Shown here: positions 8,375 through 19,032 of the stretch, piece by piece | Layout of the letters: the number at the start of each line of letters is the position of its first letter | How positions within the stretch are numbered: position 1 is the stretch's first letter | DNA from: Gammaproteobacteria bacterium | GTDB taxonomy: Bacteria; Pseudomonadota; Gammaproteobacteria; CAJXQU01 | DNA length: 64,000 bases | Assembly (NCBI GenBank): GCA_965238175.1 | Contig: CBDEGZ010000003.1 | Coordinates: 3,040,001-3,104,000 of the forward strand | Reading direction: 5' to 3' | Made by a program: the position numbers and the translations under genes | Notes under the pieces: model-generated | What the model saw: only the letters and a program-made list of their open reading frames with translations | The model's database searches: none | What the model was told of the DNA's origin: nothing

Positions 8375-9409
8375 ATGCAACAATCACCCACCCTGCAAGA
8401 CTTTAACTATCAAGAAGAGATCCTTCAGAGCGTATCAAGAACATTTGCTTTAACTATTCCACAATTACCAGAGCAACTCCGATCAGTAGTAGGCAATGCA
8501 TATTTACTCTGCCGTATAGCAGACACGATAGAAGATGAAGCCACTCTCTCAGTAGAACAAAAACGCATGTTTACCGATCAATTCATTAAAGTTGTGAATG
8601 GTAAAGAAACTGCCAATATCTTTGCTGATGAATTATTTCCACTGCTTTCCGATAAAACACTAGATAGTGAGCGCGATCTGATAAAGAACACAGATCGTAT
8701 TATTAGAATCACACATAGTTACAACCAAAACCAAAAAAACGCCTTGGTTTGTTGTGTAAAGATCATGGCCAAAGGCATGGCAGATTATCAAGAAAAAGAA
8801 ACACTAAATGGCCTGCCAAATCTTGAAGCAATGGATGATTATTGCTACTACGTTGCTGGTGTCGTTGGAGAAATGTTAGCAAAACTATTTTGCGATTACA
8901 GTGAAGAAATTAATTCCAACCATGACACTTTAATGAAACTGTCAGTTTCATTCGGTCAAGGCTTACAAATGACCAATATACTAAAAGATATTTGGGACGA
9001 TCAAAAGCGTGGCGCATGTTGGCTACCACAGGAAATATTTTCAAAATATGGATTTGATCTTTCTGATCTAAACAGTGCTGGCAGTGGGAACAGTAGCTCG
9101 GCTTTTCAACAAGGACTCGGCGAATTAATTGGCATTGCTCTCGTTCATCTGGAGAATGCCTTACGCTACACTCTGCTGATCCCAAAACATGAGAAAGGGA
9201 TCAGAAAGTTTTGTCTCTGGGCGATAGGAATGGCTGTCTTAACGCTACGTAAAATAAACAAAAACAAAACCTATACTCGTAGTGATCAAGTCAAAATCAG
9301 CCGCAAAGAAGTAAAGGTAACTGTTGTCTTAACAAATCTCTGCGTAAGTAATGATAAATTACTAAAACTACTATTCTATTCGGTCGCCAAAGGCTTGCCT
9401 GTTAAATAG
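8375..9409 (+). CDS. Squalene/phytoene synthase family protein (squalene synthase-like)
   Basis: VSRTFALTI, YLLCRIADTIEDE, YCYYVAGVVG, GLQMTNILKDIWDD, IRKFC. Confidence 0.92.
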   Translation: MQQSPTLQDFNYQEEILQSVSRTFALTIPQLPEQLRSVVGNAYLLCRIADTIEDEATLSVEQKRMFTDQFIKVVNGKETANIFADELFPLLSDKTLDSERDLIKNTDRIIRITHSYNQNQKNALVCCVKIMAKGMADYQEKETLNGLPNLEAMDDYCYYVAGVVGEMLAKLFCDYSEEINSNHDTLMKLSVSFGQGLQMTNILKDIWDDQKRGACWLPQEIFSKYGFDLSDLNSAGSGNSSSAFQQGLGELIGIALVHLENALRYTLLIPKHEKGIRKFCLWAIGMAVLTLRKINKNKTYTRSDQVKISRKEVKVTVVLTNLCVSNDKLLKLLFYSVAKGLPVK

Positions 9410-9516
9410 CGAGAAAATCAAACAGTAGCGACTTGAAAATATCAAAAATTAGTATCACAAGTATATACTACCGATAACTAGGCCATAAATAAAAAATCCC
9501 AAATTGAGGAAATCAT

Positions 9517-12500
9517 ATGACGCGCTTATTTTTCCTGCTTTTCGTTCTATTGAGTTTCACCATTTCAACTAATGCAGATCCGATTTCAAAAAGTGAAATT
9601 CCCGATCCATTAGAACCCTGGATCGACTGGGTACTTCAGGATCAAAAACAAAAAACCTGCCCCTTCCTCTATAACAACTCGAACCAACACCGTTGTGCAT
9701 GGCCGACAAAACTTGACCTATCACTGCTATCGCGATCCGGTGAATTTTCAATCACATGGCATGTATATCAAAAAAGTTGGGTGACCTTGCCAGGCGATCA
9801 AAAACATTGGCCTGTTGATATAACTGATAATGGCTCAATCATCAGTATTACAAACCGCAATGGGAAACCTGCCGCCTTATTAACCGCAGGTGAGCATGAG
9901 ATAGTTGGAAAATTTGAATGGCAAAATATGCCTAAAGCGCTGACCATTCCACCAGATACCGGTCTCGTCTCACTTTCTGTTAATCATAAAAATATCGATT
10001 TTCCAGATTTCCAAAAAGGTCAGCTTTGGATCAAACAAAAAAAAGTCGCAACGGGCACAGGGGAGAAGATACATCTTGATGTGTACCGACAAATCGTAGA
10101 TGAAATCCCGATGAAAATTACCACCAAAATTGATCTTCAAGTTTCGGGTAAACAGCGTGAAATGGTAATTGGTAAGCCTTTACTCACAAGAGCAATCCCA
10201 TTACAGCTAATTAGTAGTTTACCAGCTCGGCTAGAACCTGATGGAAGTTTACGTGTTCAGCTACGGCCTGGGCGTTGGACGATTGATCTCACCGCACGAC
10301 TTCCTGATCAAATCACCGAACTCTCTTTACCAGAGCAAAAAACACCTTGGCCAACTCAAGAGGTTTGGTCCTTTTCAGCACAAAACCAACTTCGTTTAGT
10401 GGAAGTGACTGGTGGAACAAGTATTGATCCTCAACAAACTCAAATGCCGCAGCAATGGCGTCAGTTACCTGCATTTCGCCTTAATGCAAATGATGCGCTT
10501 TCGTTCAAGGTCATTCGACGTGGCGATCCAGAACCTGAACCCGATACGCTGACATTAAATCGAAACTTGTGGCTCGATCAGACAGGTGAAGGTTTCACTA
10601 TCAACGATACGATCAACGGTCGTATGACCAAAGGTTGGCGCCTGGAAACCACAGAAAATCTGGATTTGGGACGTGTAACTCTTGATGGTAAACCCCAGTT
10701 CATCACTAAATTTGTTGAGAAAAAAGGTGTTGAAGTTCGACGTGGCGCAGTAAACCTTGGCGCAGACAGTCGCTACGAGGGTGACGTCAGTCAGATAAAT
10801 GCCGTCGGCTGGGATCATGATTTTCAACAAGTTCGCGCAACCTTACACCTTCCACCCGGGTGGAAATTATTTTCAGCCAGTGGTGTTGATCAAGTTCCTA
10901 ATACATGGCTACAACGCTGGACATTACTCGATCTATTTCTGGTTTTGATCGCAGCAATTGCGATCAGCAATTTATATAATTGGCGCATCGGTTTAGTGGC
11001 TTTGATCAGCTTAGCCTTACTCTGGCATGAGCCTGGTGCACCGAAATATATCTGGCTGCATATTGTTGCGGCTATTGCCTTATTGCGTGTTATTCCAAAG
11101 AGTAAGTTTCAATCATTAGTGAATAGCTACCGCAACGTTTCGATATTGATTCTGATTCTAATCTCCATTCCTTTTATGGTAGATGAAGTCCGGATCGGCC
11201 TATACCCACAAGTAGAACGACCGTGGCAAAGTGTCAATGTTCGCGATGTTGATCCTAATCGGAATCAACCGCAGAACGTGCAAGTAGAATCGATGGCCGC
11301 TAAAACAAATATGGTCGAAATGAAAGATCGCTTGATCAAGCAGGAAAAAAAATCCGCCCCAAGAAAACGATTATTAGGCCGTTCTAGTAGTTATGATTCC
11401 TACAACAAATCAAAATTTCCTGTCCAGTATGATGCCAAGACTAATATCCAAACCGGTCCCGGTTTACCCTTCTGGCAGTGGAATTCTATACCACTCAGCT
11501 GGAATGGCCCTGTTGAAAAAAACCAACAGATCGGGTTCACATTACTTTCACCTCGAGTTAATTTATTGCTGAATATCTTGCGAGTCTTGTTACTTATTGG
11601 ACTGGCATTTCTGATCATCGACCCTAAAAAACTCAAAGAAAATTTGCCTAGTTTGAAAGCTAACAAAGTAGCCACTATCTTGTTATTGCCGATCCTGTTC
11701 TCGATGCAATCCGAAAACAGCTATGCTGAGATTCCTACACCCGAATTATTGCAGGAATTAAAGACTCGCCTACTTGCACCAGCAGAATGTCTACCGACCT
11801 GTGCAAACGCATCCCGTATGAAGATGGTAGTCAAACCTGACAGTTTACAACTAAGGATGGAAATCCACACTGTTGATGATGTCATTGTTCCTATACCCGG
11901 CATGTCAGGTAAGTGGGTGCCCACTCAAATTGCGGTCGATGGCGAACCCGCAAGCGGTTTACACAAAGACAAAACAGGACAATTGTGGATTTCTCTCAAA
12001 AAAGGCGTCCATCAGTTAACCTTGTTTGGACAACTTCCTGATCAAAACAGTGTTGATCTCGCATTACCGTTAAAACCTGCCCGCGTGACGCTCGAAGCTG
12101 AAGGTTGGGATATTGTTGGACTACATGAAAACGGGCGCTCTGATAATCAACTCAAATTAAATCGAGTGAAAAAACAAGGTGTGCACAAGTCAACCGTGCT
12201 TGAAACGGCAACCTTACCGCCCTTTGTTCAGATCCATCGTACCTTAAGACTTGGTCTTGACTGGCGAATCGAAACCCGTGTTGTCCGAACATCCCCACCA
12301 GGCACCGCTATCGTACTCAAAGTACCCATGCTAGAGGGTGAGTCAATTTTGAGCGATGGTATAAATATTAAGGATAATCAGGTGCTGATCAATATGTCAG
12401 CAAATCAATCCGACATCCATTGGGAATCCAGTCTTATAGTAAGCGATCAAATTAAACTTAGCGCGACTGAAACAAATAATTGGACAGAGTTCTGGTATGC

Positions 12501-13599
12501 CGATACCAGTCCCATCTGGCATATGGAAACCGAAGGGATTGCCGTAGTGCATCACCAAAACCCTGATGGGCGTTGGTTGCCTAACTGGCGACCTTGGCCA
12601 GGCGAATCTGTCACGCTAAACATCACCCGCCCTCAGGGGATCGATGGCCAAACGCTTACCATTGATAGTTCTGAAATAACGGTAACACCAGGCCAACGTG
12701 CCACAGATGTTGATCTACAACTTTCGCTACGCAGTAGTCAGGGCGGCCAACACACGCTTAAATTACCCGAACTGACAAGATTACAATCCGTCACTATAGA
12801 TGGAAAATCTCAACCGATCAGGCAAGAGGGTCAATCCGTGACGCTCCCTGTTCATCCTGGAAGACAAATCATTAATCTGCGCTGGCGTGAATCAGAAGGG
12901 ATGCTTAGTTTTCAAAAAACACCTGAAATTGATCTTGCAGCTCCAAGTGTCAACCACGCGATCAAGCTCCTTCCTGGACAAGATCGTTGGGTACTTTTAA
13001 CGGGTGGCCCCCAATGGGGACCTGCGGTGTTATTTTGGGGGATCTTGATTGTCATATTATTCGTCGCGGTTGCACTGGGAAGGATCAAAAGTACACCACT
13101 GACGACTATTCAGTGGATCTTGCTCGCTATTGGTTTGAGCCAGGCACCCATTTTATCCGCAGTACTAGTCGTTGCCTGGTTATTAGCGTTAGGCATGAGA
13201 AAAACTCTGGATACTGACTTAAGCAAAACTAAGTTTAATTTGATCCAGGTTGGTTTAGGTGCGCTAACATTTATTGCGTTAAGCGTCTTGTTTGAAGCGA
13301 TTCGGCAAGGATTATTAGGCAGCCCTGAAATGCAAATTTCGGGAAATGGATCGAATGCATATGCACTTAACTGGTACCAGGACAGAATTGCTAATATTCC
13401 ACCACAGGCATGGATATTCTCAGTACCGCTTTTTGTCTATCGCGTGCTGATGCTGCTTTGGTCTTTATGGCTAGCCTTCGCACTCCTGAGATGGTTACGC
13501 TGGGGTTGGGAGTGCTTTTCTAAAAATGGGTTATGGCGGCCTTTTAAAATCCGATCCAAAAAAGAAAAGTTACCATTACCTGAACCAAAAACAAAATAA
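9517..13599 (+). CDS. Large uncharacterised membrane protein with two periplasmic + multi-TM halves
   Basis: 1360-aa ORF, signal peptide, RBS gagga, two TM clusters, terminator downstream. Confidence 0.85.
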   Translation: MTRLFFLLFVLLSFTISTNADPISKSEIPDPLEPWIDWVLQDQKQKTCPFLYNNSNQHRCAWPTKLDLSLLSRSGEFSITWHVYQKSWVTLPGDQKHWPVDITDNGSIISITNRNGKPAALLTAGEHEIVGKFEWQNMPKALTIPPDTGLVSLSVNHKNIDFPDFQKGQLWIKQKKVATGTGEKIHLDVYRQIVDEIPMKITTKIDLQVSGKQREMVIGKPLLTRAIPLQLISSLPARLEPDGSLRVQLRPGRWTIDLTARLPDQITELSLPEQKTPWPTQEVWSFSAQNQLRLVEVTGGTSIDPQQTQMPQQWRQLPAFRLNANDALSFKVIRRGDPEPEPDTLTLNRNLWLDQTGEGFTINDTINGRMTKGWRLETTENLDLGRVTLDGKPQFITKFVEKKGVEVRRGAVNLGADSRYEGDVSQINAVGWDHDFQQVRATLHLPPGWKLFSASGVDQVPNTWLQRWTLLDLFLVLIAAIAISNLYNWRIGLVALISLALLWHEPGAPKYIWLHIVAAIALLRVIPKSKFQSLVNSYRNVSILILILISIPFMVDEVRIGLYPQVERPWQSVNVRDVDPNRNQPQNVQVESMAAKTNMVEMKDRLIKQEKKSAPRKRLLGRSSSYDSYNKSKFPVQYDAKTNIQTGPGLPFWQWNSIPLSWNGPVEKNQQIGFTLLSPRVNLLLNILRVLLLIGLAFLIIDPKKLKENLPSLKANKVATILLLPILFSMQSENSYAEIPTPELLQELKTRLLAPAECLPTCANASRMKMVVKPDSLQLRMEIHTVDDVIVPIPGMSGKWVPTQIAVDGEPASGLHKDKTGQLWISLKKGVHQLTLFGQLPDQNSVDLALPLKPARVTLEAEGWDIVGLHENGRSDNQLKLNRVKKQGVHKSTVLETATLPPFVQIHRTLRLGLDWRIETRVVRTSPPGTAIVLKVPMLEGESILSDGINIKDNQVLINMSANQSDIHWESSLIVSDQIKLSATETNNWTEFWYADTSPIWHMETEGIAVVHHQNPDGRWLPNWRPWPGESVTLNITRPQGIDGQTLTIDSSEITVTPGQRATDVDLQLSLRSSQGGQHTLKLPELTRLQSVTIDGKSQPIRQEGQSVTLPVHPGRQIINLRWRESEGMLSFQKTPEIDLAAPSVNHAIKLLPGQDRWVLLTGGPQWGPAVLFWGILIVILFVAVALGRIKSTPLTTIQWILLAIGLSQAPILSAVLVVAWLLALGMRKTLDTDLSKTKFNLIQVGLGALTFIALSVLFEAIRQGLLGSPEMQISGNGSNAYALNWYQDRIANIPPQAWIFSVPLFVYRVLMLLWSLWLAFALLRWLRWGWECFSKNGLWRPFKIRSKKEKLPLPEPKTK

Positions 13600-13618
13600 T
13601 CTGTTCAAATCTTGTCTT

Positions 13619-13648
13619 AAAAAAAGGCCGCATATGCGGCCTTTTTTT
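13619..13648. terminator. Bidirectional intrinsic terminator
   Basis: A-run-ggccgcatatgcggcc-T7 between convergent genes. Confidence 0.88.
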
Positions 13649-13663
13649 AGCTTCAATTAAACC

Positions 13664-14428
13664 TCACTCATCAAGAAGCGCATCTCTGTCATCATCATGT
13701 ATTTTAGGCATGATCCACATTTCGTATATTGAAACAATCCACATAAACCCAAAAGCCAATGCCATCATGCCACCACCAATAATGATAAGCCAGGCAAAGC
13801 CAGGGCTAAGTTTGGTCAACCACCAGGAAGCAATATCGACGATCAAAAAGATATAAGGCATAACAATAGCGGTAGATTTCAACGTCTTTGGAACACCTGA
13901 GGCGAGACTAAAAATCAAACCGACAAACATAAAGATGAATGAAATCCCAAACAAGTGAATATGAGAAACACGAGTGAGTGTTGAAAATGTGATGCCAGTA
14001 TCAACATCCGCTCTTTCGAAAAGATTTTCATCAACCGTAAAATCAGGAACTGTCATACCGGATGCCGGGCTATGACACATAACACAACGTTGATCGATAA
14101 TAGGTCTTATATCAATTTTAAAAACATCGTGATCCGCTCCTTTTTTTACCCATTGGATGATCTTAAGACGATCTTCATCAGAAGCCATCACTTTCATGGA
14201 GCCATTCAACTTACTTTCTATAACCGATCCTGATCTTTTCCCATAGTAGCTATAGACGATGTCATCAATCGACAAACCAAATTCACCATCAGCCATGCCA
14301 TGAGTAAACATAATTTGAGCCAGTGCCATCATATATCCCACCGCAACAACGACAAGATAGCCTGTAAATAGCATTTTGATCGACGTTCCCTGACTACAAA
14401 GATTTAAATGATGTTGTTGACCGGGCAT
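13664..14428 (-). CDS. Membrane protein with a c-type heme motif
   Basis: CVMCH in a soluble loop after TM1; SHIHLFG at the start of a three-TM C-terminal block. Confidence 0.8.
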   Translation of the reverse strand: MPGQQHHLNLCSQGTSIKMLFTGYLVVVAVGYMMALAQIMFTHGMADGEFGLSIDDIVYSYYGKRSGSVIESKLNGSMKVMASDEDRLKIIQWVKKGADHDVFKIDIRPIIDQRCVMCHSPASGMTVPDFTVDENLFERADVDTGITFSTLTRVSHIHLFGISFIFMFVGLIFSLASGVPKTLKSTAIVMPYIFLIVDIASWWLTKLSPGFAWLIIIGGGMMALAFGFMWIVSIYEMWIMPKIHDDDRDALLDE

Positions 14429-14693
14429 GTTTTAGGCTCTCTTTAGCAATAATAAACAAATCAGTATAACGCACTCATTCACTCTTTAGAGAAAAACATT
14501 GTTTTGTTTACTTACACTTAGAGCACAAACTTTCAGTAATAATCATGTTTACTTACAGGATCTTATGATTTTAGAGATGAAAATATCTTTAACTTGATGT
14601 ATTCTTGACTGTTCTGCTAGGAAATTATTATCTGCTCAATCGAGTCGGGTTTTACGTTAAACATTTATTAAAATAAAAATCGGAGAATTTTTG

Positions 14694-16505
14694 ATGAGTT
14701 CAAAATCAACAAATAAAAAACTGTTGGCTTGGGTTGATGAAATGGCTGCTCTATGTCAACCAACTGATGTTGTCTGGTGTGATGGCACAGATGCTGAATG
14801 GGATGCCATGTGGGATATCATGGTTAAAGGCGGTACAGCAATCAAGCTGAATGAAAAAAAACGTCCTAACAGCTACTACATCCGTTCAGTACCCGCTGAC
14901 GTAGCACGAGTTGAAGATCGCACTTACATTTGTTCAGCAGAAGAAAAAGATGCGGGCCCGACTAATAACTGGGCTGATCCTGCTGAAATGCGCGGAACAT
15001 TAAACGGCCTTTTCACAGGCTGCATGAAAGGCCGCACCATGTATGTTGTTCCTTTCAGCATGGGTCCAGTCGGCTCTAACATCGCTCAAATCGGTGTTGA
15101 AGTTTCTGACTCTCCTTATGTTGTTACCAATATGCACATCATGGCTCGCGTAGGCCAGGACGTTCTTGACGTTTTAGGTGATGATGGCGAATTCGTACCA
15201 TGCGTACACACAGTTGGTGCTCCACTGGCAGAAGGTGAAGTCAGTGATCCATGGCCTTGTAACCCTGATAACCGCTATATCGTTCACTACCCAGAAACGC
15301 GTGAAATCTGGTCTCACGGATCAGGTTACGGCGGTAACGCACTATTAGGTAAAAAATGTTTTGCATTACGTATTGCATCAACAATGGGCCGTGATGAAGG
15401 CTGGATGGCAGAACACATGCTTATCCTTAAACTCACAAACCCAGAAGGTGAAGTTCAATATGTCGCCGGCGCTTTCCCAAGTGCCTGTGGTAAAACTAAC
15501 CTCGCAATGTTGACGCCGACTATTCCAGGCTGGAAAGTTGAAACTATCGGTGATGACATCGCATGGATGAAATTCGGCGAAGATGGCCAACTTTATGCAA
15601 TCAATCCTGAAGCTGGTTTCTTTGGTGTTGCTCCTGGTACAAGCATGTCATCAAATGCGAATGCTATGTTGTCAATGGAAGAAAATGCAGTTTTTACTAA
15701 CGTTGCTATGACTGATGATGGCGACGTCTGGTGGGAAGAAATGACAGATGAAGCACCTGCTCATCTTACTAGCTGGAAAGGCCAAGACTGGACGCCAGAT
15801 TCAGATGAACCTTCTTCACATCCAAATGCTCGATTCACAGCACGCGCTGATCAATGTCCAGTAATTGCAGATGAATGGGAAGATCCAAAAGGTGTTCCAA
15901 TCAGTGCAATTTTATTCGGTGGACGTCGTGCAACAGTAGTGCCTTTAGCAACTGAAGCGTTAGATTGGAACCACGGCACTTTCCTTGGCACTATCATCGC
16001 GTCAGAAATGACAGCAGCGGCTTTCGGCGCTATCGGTCAACTACGTCGTGATCCAATGGCAATGCTGCCATTCTGTGGTTACAACATGGCTGATTACTGG
16101 GGCCACTGGTTAAACATGGGTAAAAAAGAAGGCGCTAAAATGCCTAAGATTTACTACGTCAACTGGTTCCGCAAAAACGAAGCTGGCAAATTCATGTGGC
16201 CGGGCTTTGGTGAAAATAGCCGTGTATTAAAATGGGTATTTGAACGTTGCAACGGTACTGCTGAAGCAATCGAAACTGCGATTGGTAATATGCCAACATT
16301 AGATGGCATCGACTTTAGCGGACTAGATATGTCTGATGAAGACATTGCTAACTTAATGCGAGTTGATACAGATGGTTGGATCTCAGAATTAGCGGGTATT
16401 GAAGAATACTATGCGACATTCGGTGAGCACCTACCTGAAGAGTTAACTAATCAAGTAAATGCTCTTAGACAACGTTTGGAAGCTTCTAAACAAAACGTTG
16501 CTTAA
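14694..16505 (+). CDS. pckG: Phosphoenolpyruvate carboxykinase (GTP)
   Basis: [59 protein letters not shown]. Confidence 0.97.
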   Translation: MSSKSTNKKLLAWVDEMAALCQPTDVVWCDGTDAEWDAMWDIMVKGGTAIKLNEKKRPNSYYIRSVPADVARVEDRTYICSAEEKDAGPTNNWADPAEMRGTLNGLFTGCMKGRTMYVVPFSMGPVGSNIAQIGVEVSDSPYVVTNMHIMARVGQDVLDVLGDDGEFVPCVHTVGAPLAEGEVSDPWPCNPDNRYIVHYPETREIWSHGSGYGGNALLGKKCFALRIASTMGRDEGWMAEHMLILKLTNPEGEVQYVAGAFPSACGKTNLAMLTPTIPGWKVETIGDDIAWMKFGEDGQLYAINPEAGFFGVAPGTSMSSNANAMLSMEENAVFTNVAMTDDGDVWWEEMTDEAPAHLTSWKGQDWTPDSDEPSSHPNARFTARADQCPVIADEWEDPKGVPISAILFGGRRATVVPLATEALDWNHGTFLGTIIASEMTAAAFGAIGQLRRDPMAMLPFCGYNMADYWGHWLNMGKKEGAKMPKIYYVNWFRKNEAGKFMWPGFGENSRVLKWVFERCNGTAEAIETAIGNMPTLDGIDFSGLDMSDEDIANLMRVDTDGWISELAGIEEYYATFGEHLPEELTNQVNALRQRLEASKQNVA

Positions 16506-16532
16506 TACTTTATATAGCAATTCGTAACAAAT

Positions 16533-16572
16533 AAAAAAGCCCGCTGAGTTTCAAACCAGCGGGCTTTTTTTA
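16533..16572 (+). terminator. Intrinsic terminator of pckG
   Basis: aaaaaagcccgctg...cagcgggc followed by a T run. Confidence 0.88.
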
Positions 16573-16702
16573 TCAACCTCATAAAGCATCAACTATGTAA
16601 TCGTTAAACGTAAACGTCAGATGCAATAGCTTAAACAAGCAGGCTAGCGGCTCCGGTCTGGAGATTCTTTCTTAGATCCTTCATCCCAAGCTCGTCAGCT
16701 CC

Positions 16703-16730
16703 GTAGGGCGCACTCGCTTGCAGTGCGCCG
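16703..16730 (+). repeat. GTAG-type REP element
   Basis: GTAG followed by hairpin ggcgcact-cgcttgc-agtgcgcc; a degenerate second gtagggcg lies near 16796. Confidence 0.6.
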
Positions 16731-16870
16731 TATTTAACAACACATAATCCGTTCAAGCATGTACAAACATTGACCTTCCTGCGATGAGTCAGTTTGTAGG
16801 GCGTAACACCAGCCCAAAATTTTAATATCTTATCTTTAGATTACACCTTATTTTGAATTGACTTCCTTCT

Positions 16871-16930
16871 GAGATGCTTCGTAACCTCAGCATGACAACT
16901 CCAGGTCATCCTGAGCCTTGCGAAGGATCT
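16871..16930. repeat. Palindromic REP-like doublet
   Basis: agatgcttcgtaacctcagcatgac and gtcatcctgagccttgcgaaggatct are imperfect reverse complements separated by 8 bp. Confidence 0.7.
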
Positions 16931-17086
16931 TATCTATCAGATCCGCATGGTTACATTAAGAAGATAGACGTTTTTACTCATCTACTTTTCGCGCTATCTG
17001 GTTTTATATGTCCATCCTCCAGAAACTACCTTTCAATAAAAAACGCACTGTGTTACAAACTAGACAATTTCTAATAGCGCGTTCTT

Positions 17087-17851
17087 ATGCCTTTCACTAT
17101 CGAATTCCTTACACCTGAACTTCTCGCCATTCTGGCAGTGGTCGCTTGTCTAGCTGGCTTTATCGATGCAATCGCTGGTGGCGGAGGTTTACTTGTTTTA
17201 CCTGTTCTACTCTGGGCTGGTTTAACTCCGGCACAAGCCCTGGCAACTAACAAACTTCAAGCTGTTTTTGGATCTTTTTCAGCCACGCTGCGGTTTATTC
17301 GGCAAGGAAAAATAGATCTGAAATCCATGCGGATTCCGATCATCATGTCTTTCATCGGTTCGGCTTGCGGAACACTTTTGATCCAGCAATTTGATGCCGC
17401 TTCTTTAGAAAAAATTATTCCGTTTCTTTTGATCGGTTTCGCGATCTATTTTTTATTTTCACCACGGGTTGGAGATGAGGATACGCATTCCAGAATCAGT
17501 ATTAATGTTTTCGCTTTTACCGCAACTTTTTCAATCGGATTTTATGATGGCTTTTTTGGCCCCGGAACCGGATCATTTTTCGCCATGGCATTTGTCATGT
17601 TACTCGGTTACAACCTGACCAAAGCAACTGCTTATGCAAAACTGCTTAACTTTATTAGTAATCTTGCAGCGCTAATTTTCTTTATTTTTGGTGGAAAAGT
17701 AATTTGGACAATTGGGTTAGTAATGGCAACAGGGCAAATTATCGGTGCTTATTTTGGAGCACATATGGTAATTCATCACGGTGCTCGATTAATAAAACCG
17801 CTGCTTGTATTCACATCACTGGCTATCACTTTCAAAATTTTATTTTTTTAA
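17087..17851 (+). CDS. TSUP (TauE/SafE) family transporter, YfcA-like
   Basis: AGFIDAIAGGGGLL, ALATNKLQ, IGFYDGFFGPGTGSF. Confidence 0.93.
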   Translation: MPFTIEFLTPELLAILAVVACLAGFIDAIAGGGGLLVLPVLLWAGLTPAQALATNKLQAVFGSFSATLRFIRQGKIDLKSMRIPIIMSFIGSACGTLLIQQFDAASLEKIIPFLLIGFAIYFLFSPRVGDEDTHSRISINVFAFTATFSIGFYDGFFGPGTGSFFAMAFVMLLGYNLTKATAYAKLLNFISNLAALIFFIFGGKVIWTIGLVMATGQIIGAYFGAHMVIHHGARLIKPLLVFTSLAITFKILFF

Positions 17852-17859
17852 TATTTCTA

Positions 17860-19023
17860 TTAGTTCATACTCTCGTTTATAAAAGAACTATGATCTGGAA
17901 CATGCGGTAAATCTCTTTCCACCCATTCTTCGATCACTATATCCGGTTTTTCAGACTCTACGTAATTTGTCAAAGTAGAATAATTTAACCTTTCCATTAG
18001 GTAAGTAGAGCGTTTAAACTTGCGGGAAAAATAAGGCTCCATTACAATAAAAAATGAATCTCTAAAAATAACTGCATTTAGATTCTCACTCTCGCAAGTC
18101 ACTGTATAAGCTCGAGTATCTCCAGGAACCGGCATTTCTTTTTTCAGATCGCATCCCTTTTCAAAGTTCGGCATTGGTTGCATTTCAGTAATGCCCTCAA
18201 CTTTCGCAATACCTAAAAGATCTCCGTCATTCTTTTCTATCATTGTAAAATCACTTTCAAATAACAATTCCGGCAATATTTTATTAGGAAAAAACATTTC
18301 AATTTCTTTCATTATTTTGAATTGTACAATATTCGCTGCAAAGTGATTCCAATGTGTATCTGTTTTAAAATACACTTGATGTTTTTTCTTTTCTTCCAGT
18401 AATTCTTTTCTCACATCAACGACAGTAAGATCTGTATTTTTACGTAAATATTTAATTAGTTGATCCGCAGCTGATTCTTTATTTTGTTTGGAAATATATT
18501 CTGGTAAATTTTCAAAGTAGATTGTATGTTTATTTGGCGCTACCATAAAAATATACTCTATACCTCTTTTATTTAGCCAGCTTTTTACCGCCATAATTGA
18601 TTTTCTAAACTTTTCAAGCTCCTCTTCAGTATAGAGATTAACATTCATTACATCCCCAATTGGATCACCATATCGGTTATATCCAGCTTTTACTGCCCCT
18701 AAAAACATCCATCCACCTTTACCAAAAGTTACATCTTGCGTAATAGAGCGATAATTTATTTTTTTCATTATTTTAAAATAGCTCATCGTTAAAGACTCAC
18801 GGAATCCAAAATGATCAGAATAGTATTGATCAAATAGAGTTGGATATTTAACGATCTCACCTATTGATTCTGGTAACTCAGGCAGCATGGCTAAGTTTCT
18901 TTTTTCAACCTTTGAAGACCTTACATCTTTTTCAATGATTCCCTTTATAAATGGCAAAAAGATCAGCAGTAAAAATGAAAGACTGATAATAATATTTTTG
19001 AATTTATAAAAAGTTAAATTCAT
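17860..19023 (-). CDS. AlgJ/AlgX-like SGNH O-acetyltransferase
   Basis: N-terminal TM, EKRNLA, DHFGFR, APNKHTIY, KTDTHWN, RDSF; downstream of an MBOAT gene. Confidence 0.88.
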   Translation of the reverse strand: MNLTFYKFKNIIISLSFLLLIFLPFIKGIIEKDVRSSKVEKRNLAMLPELPESIGEIVKYPTLFDQYYSDHFGFRESLTMSYFKIMKKINYRSITQDVTFGKGGWMFLGAVKAGYNRYGDPIGDVMNVNLYTEEELEKFRKSIMAVKSWLNKRGIEYIFMVAPNKHTIYFENLPEYISKQNKESAADQLIKYLRKNTDLTVVDVRKELLEEKKKHQVYFKTDTHWNHFAANIVQFKIMKEIEMFFPNKILPELLFESDFTMIEKNDGDLLGIAKVEGITEMQPMPNFEKGCDLKKEMPVPGDTRAYTVTCESENLNAVIFRDSFFIVMEPYFSRKFKRSTYLMERLNYSTLTNYVESEKPDIVIEEWVERDLPHVPDHSSFINESMN

Positions 19024-19032
19024 ATCATTTCT

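Noticed and set aside
16874-17074. 66-aa ORF
   Set aside because: Starts inside a palindromic repeat; no RBS or motif.
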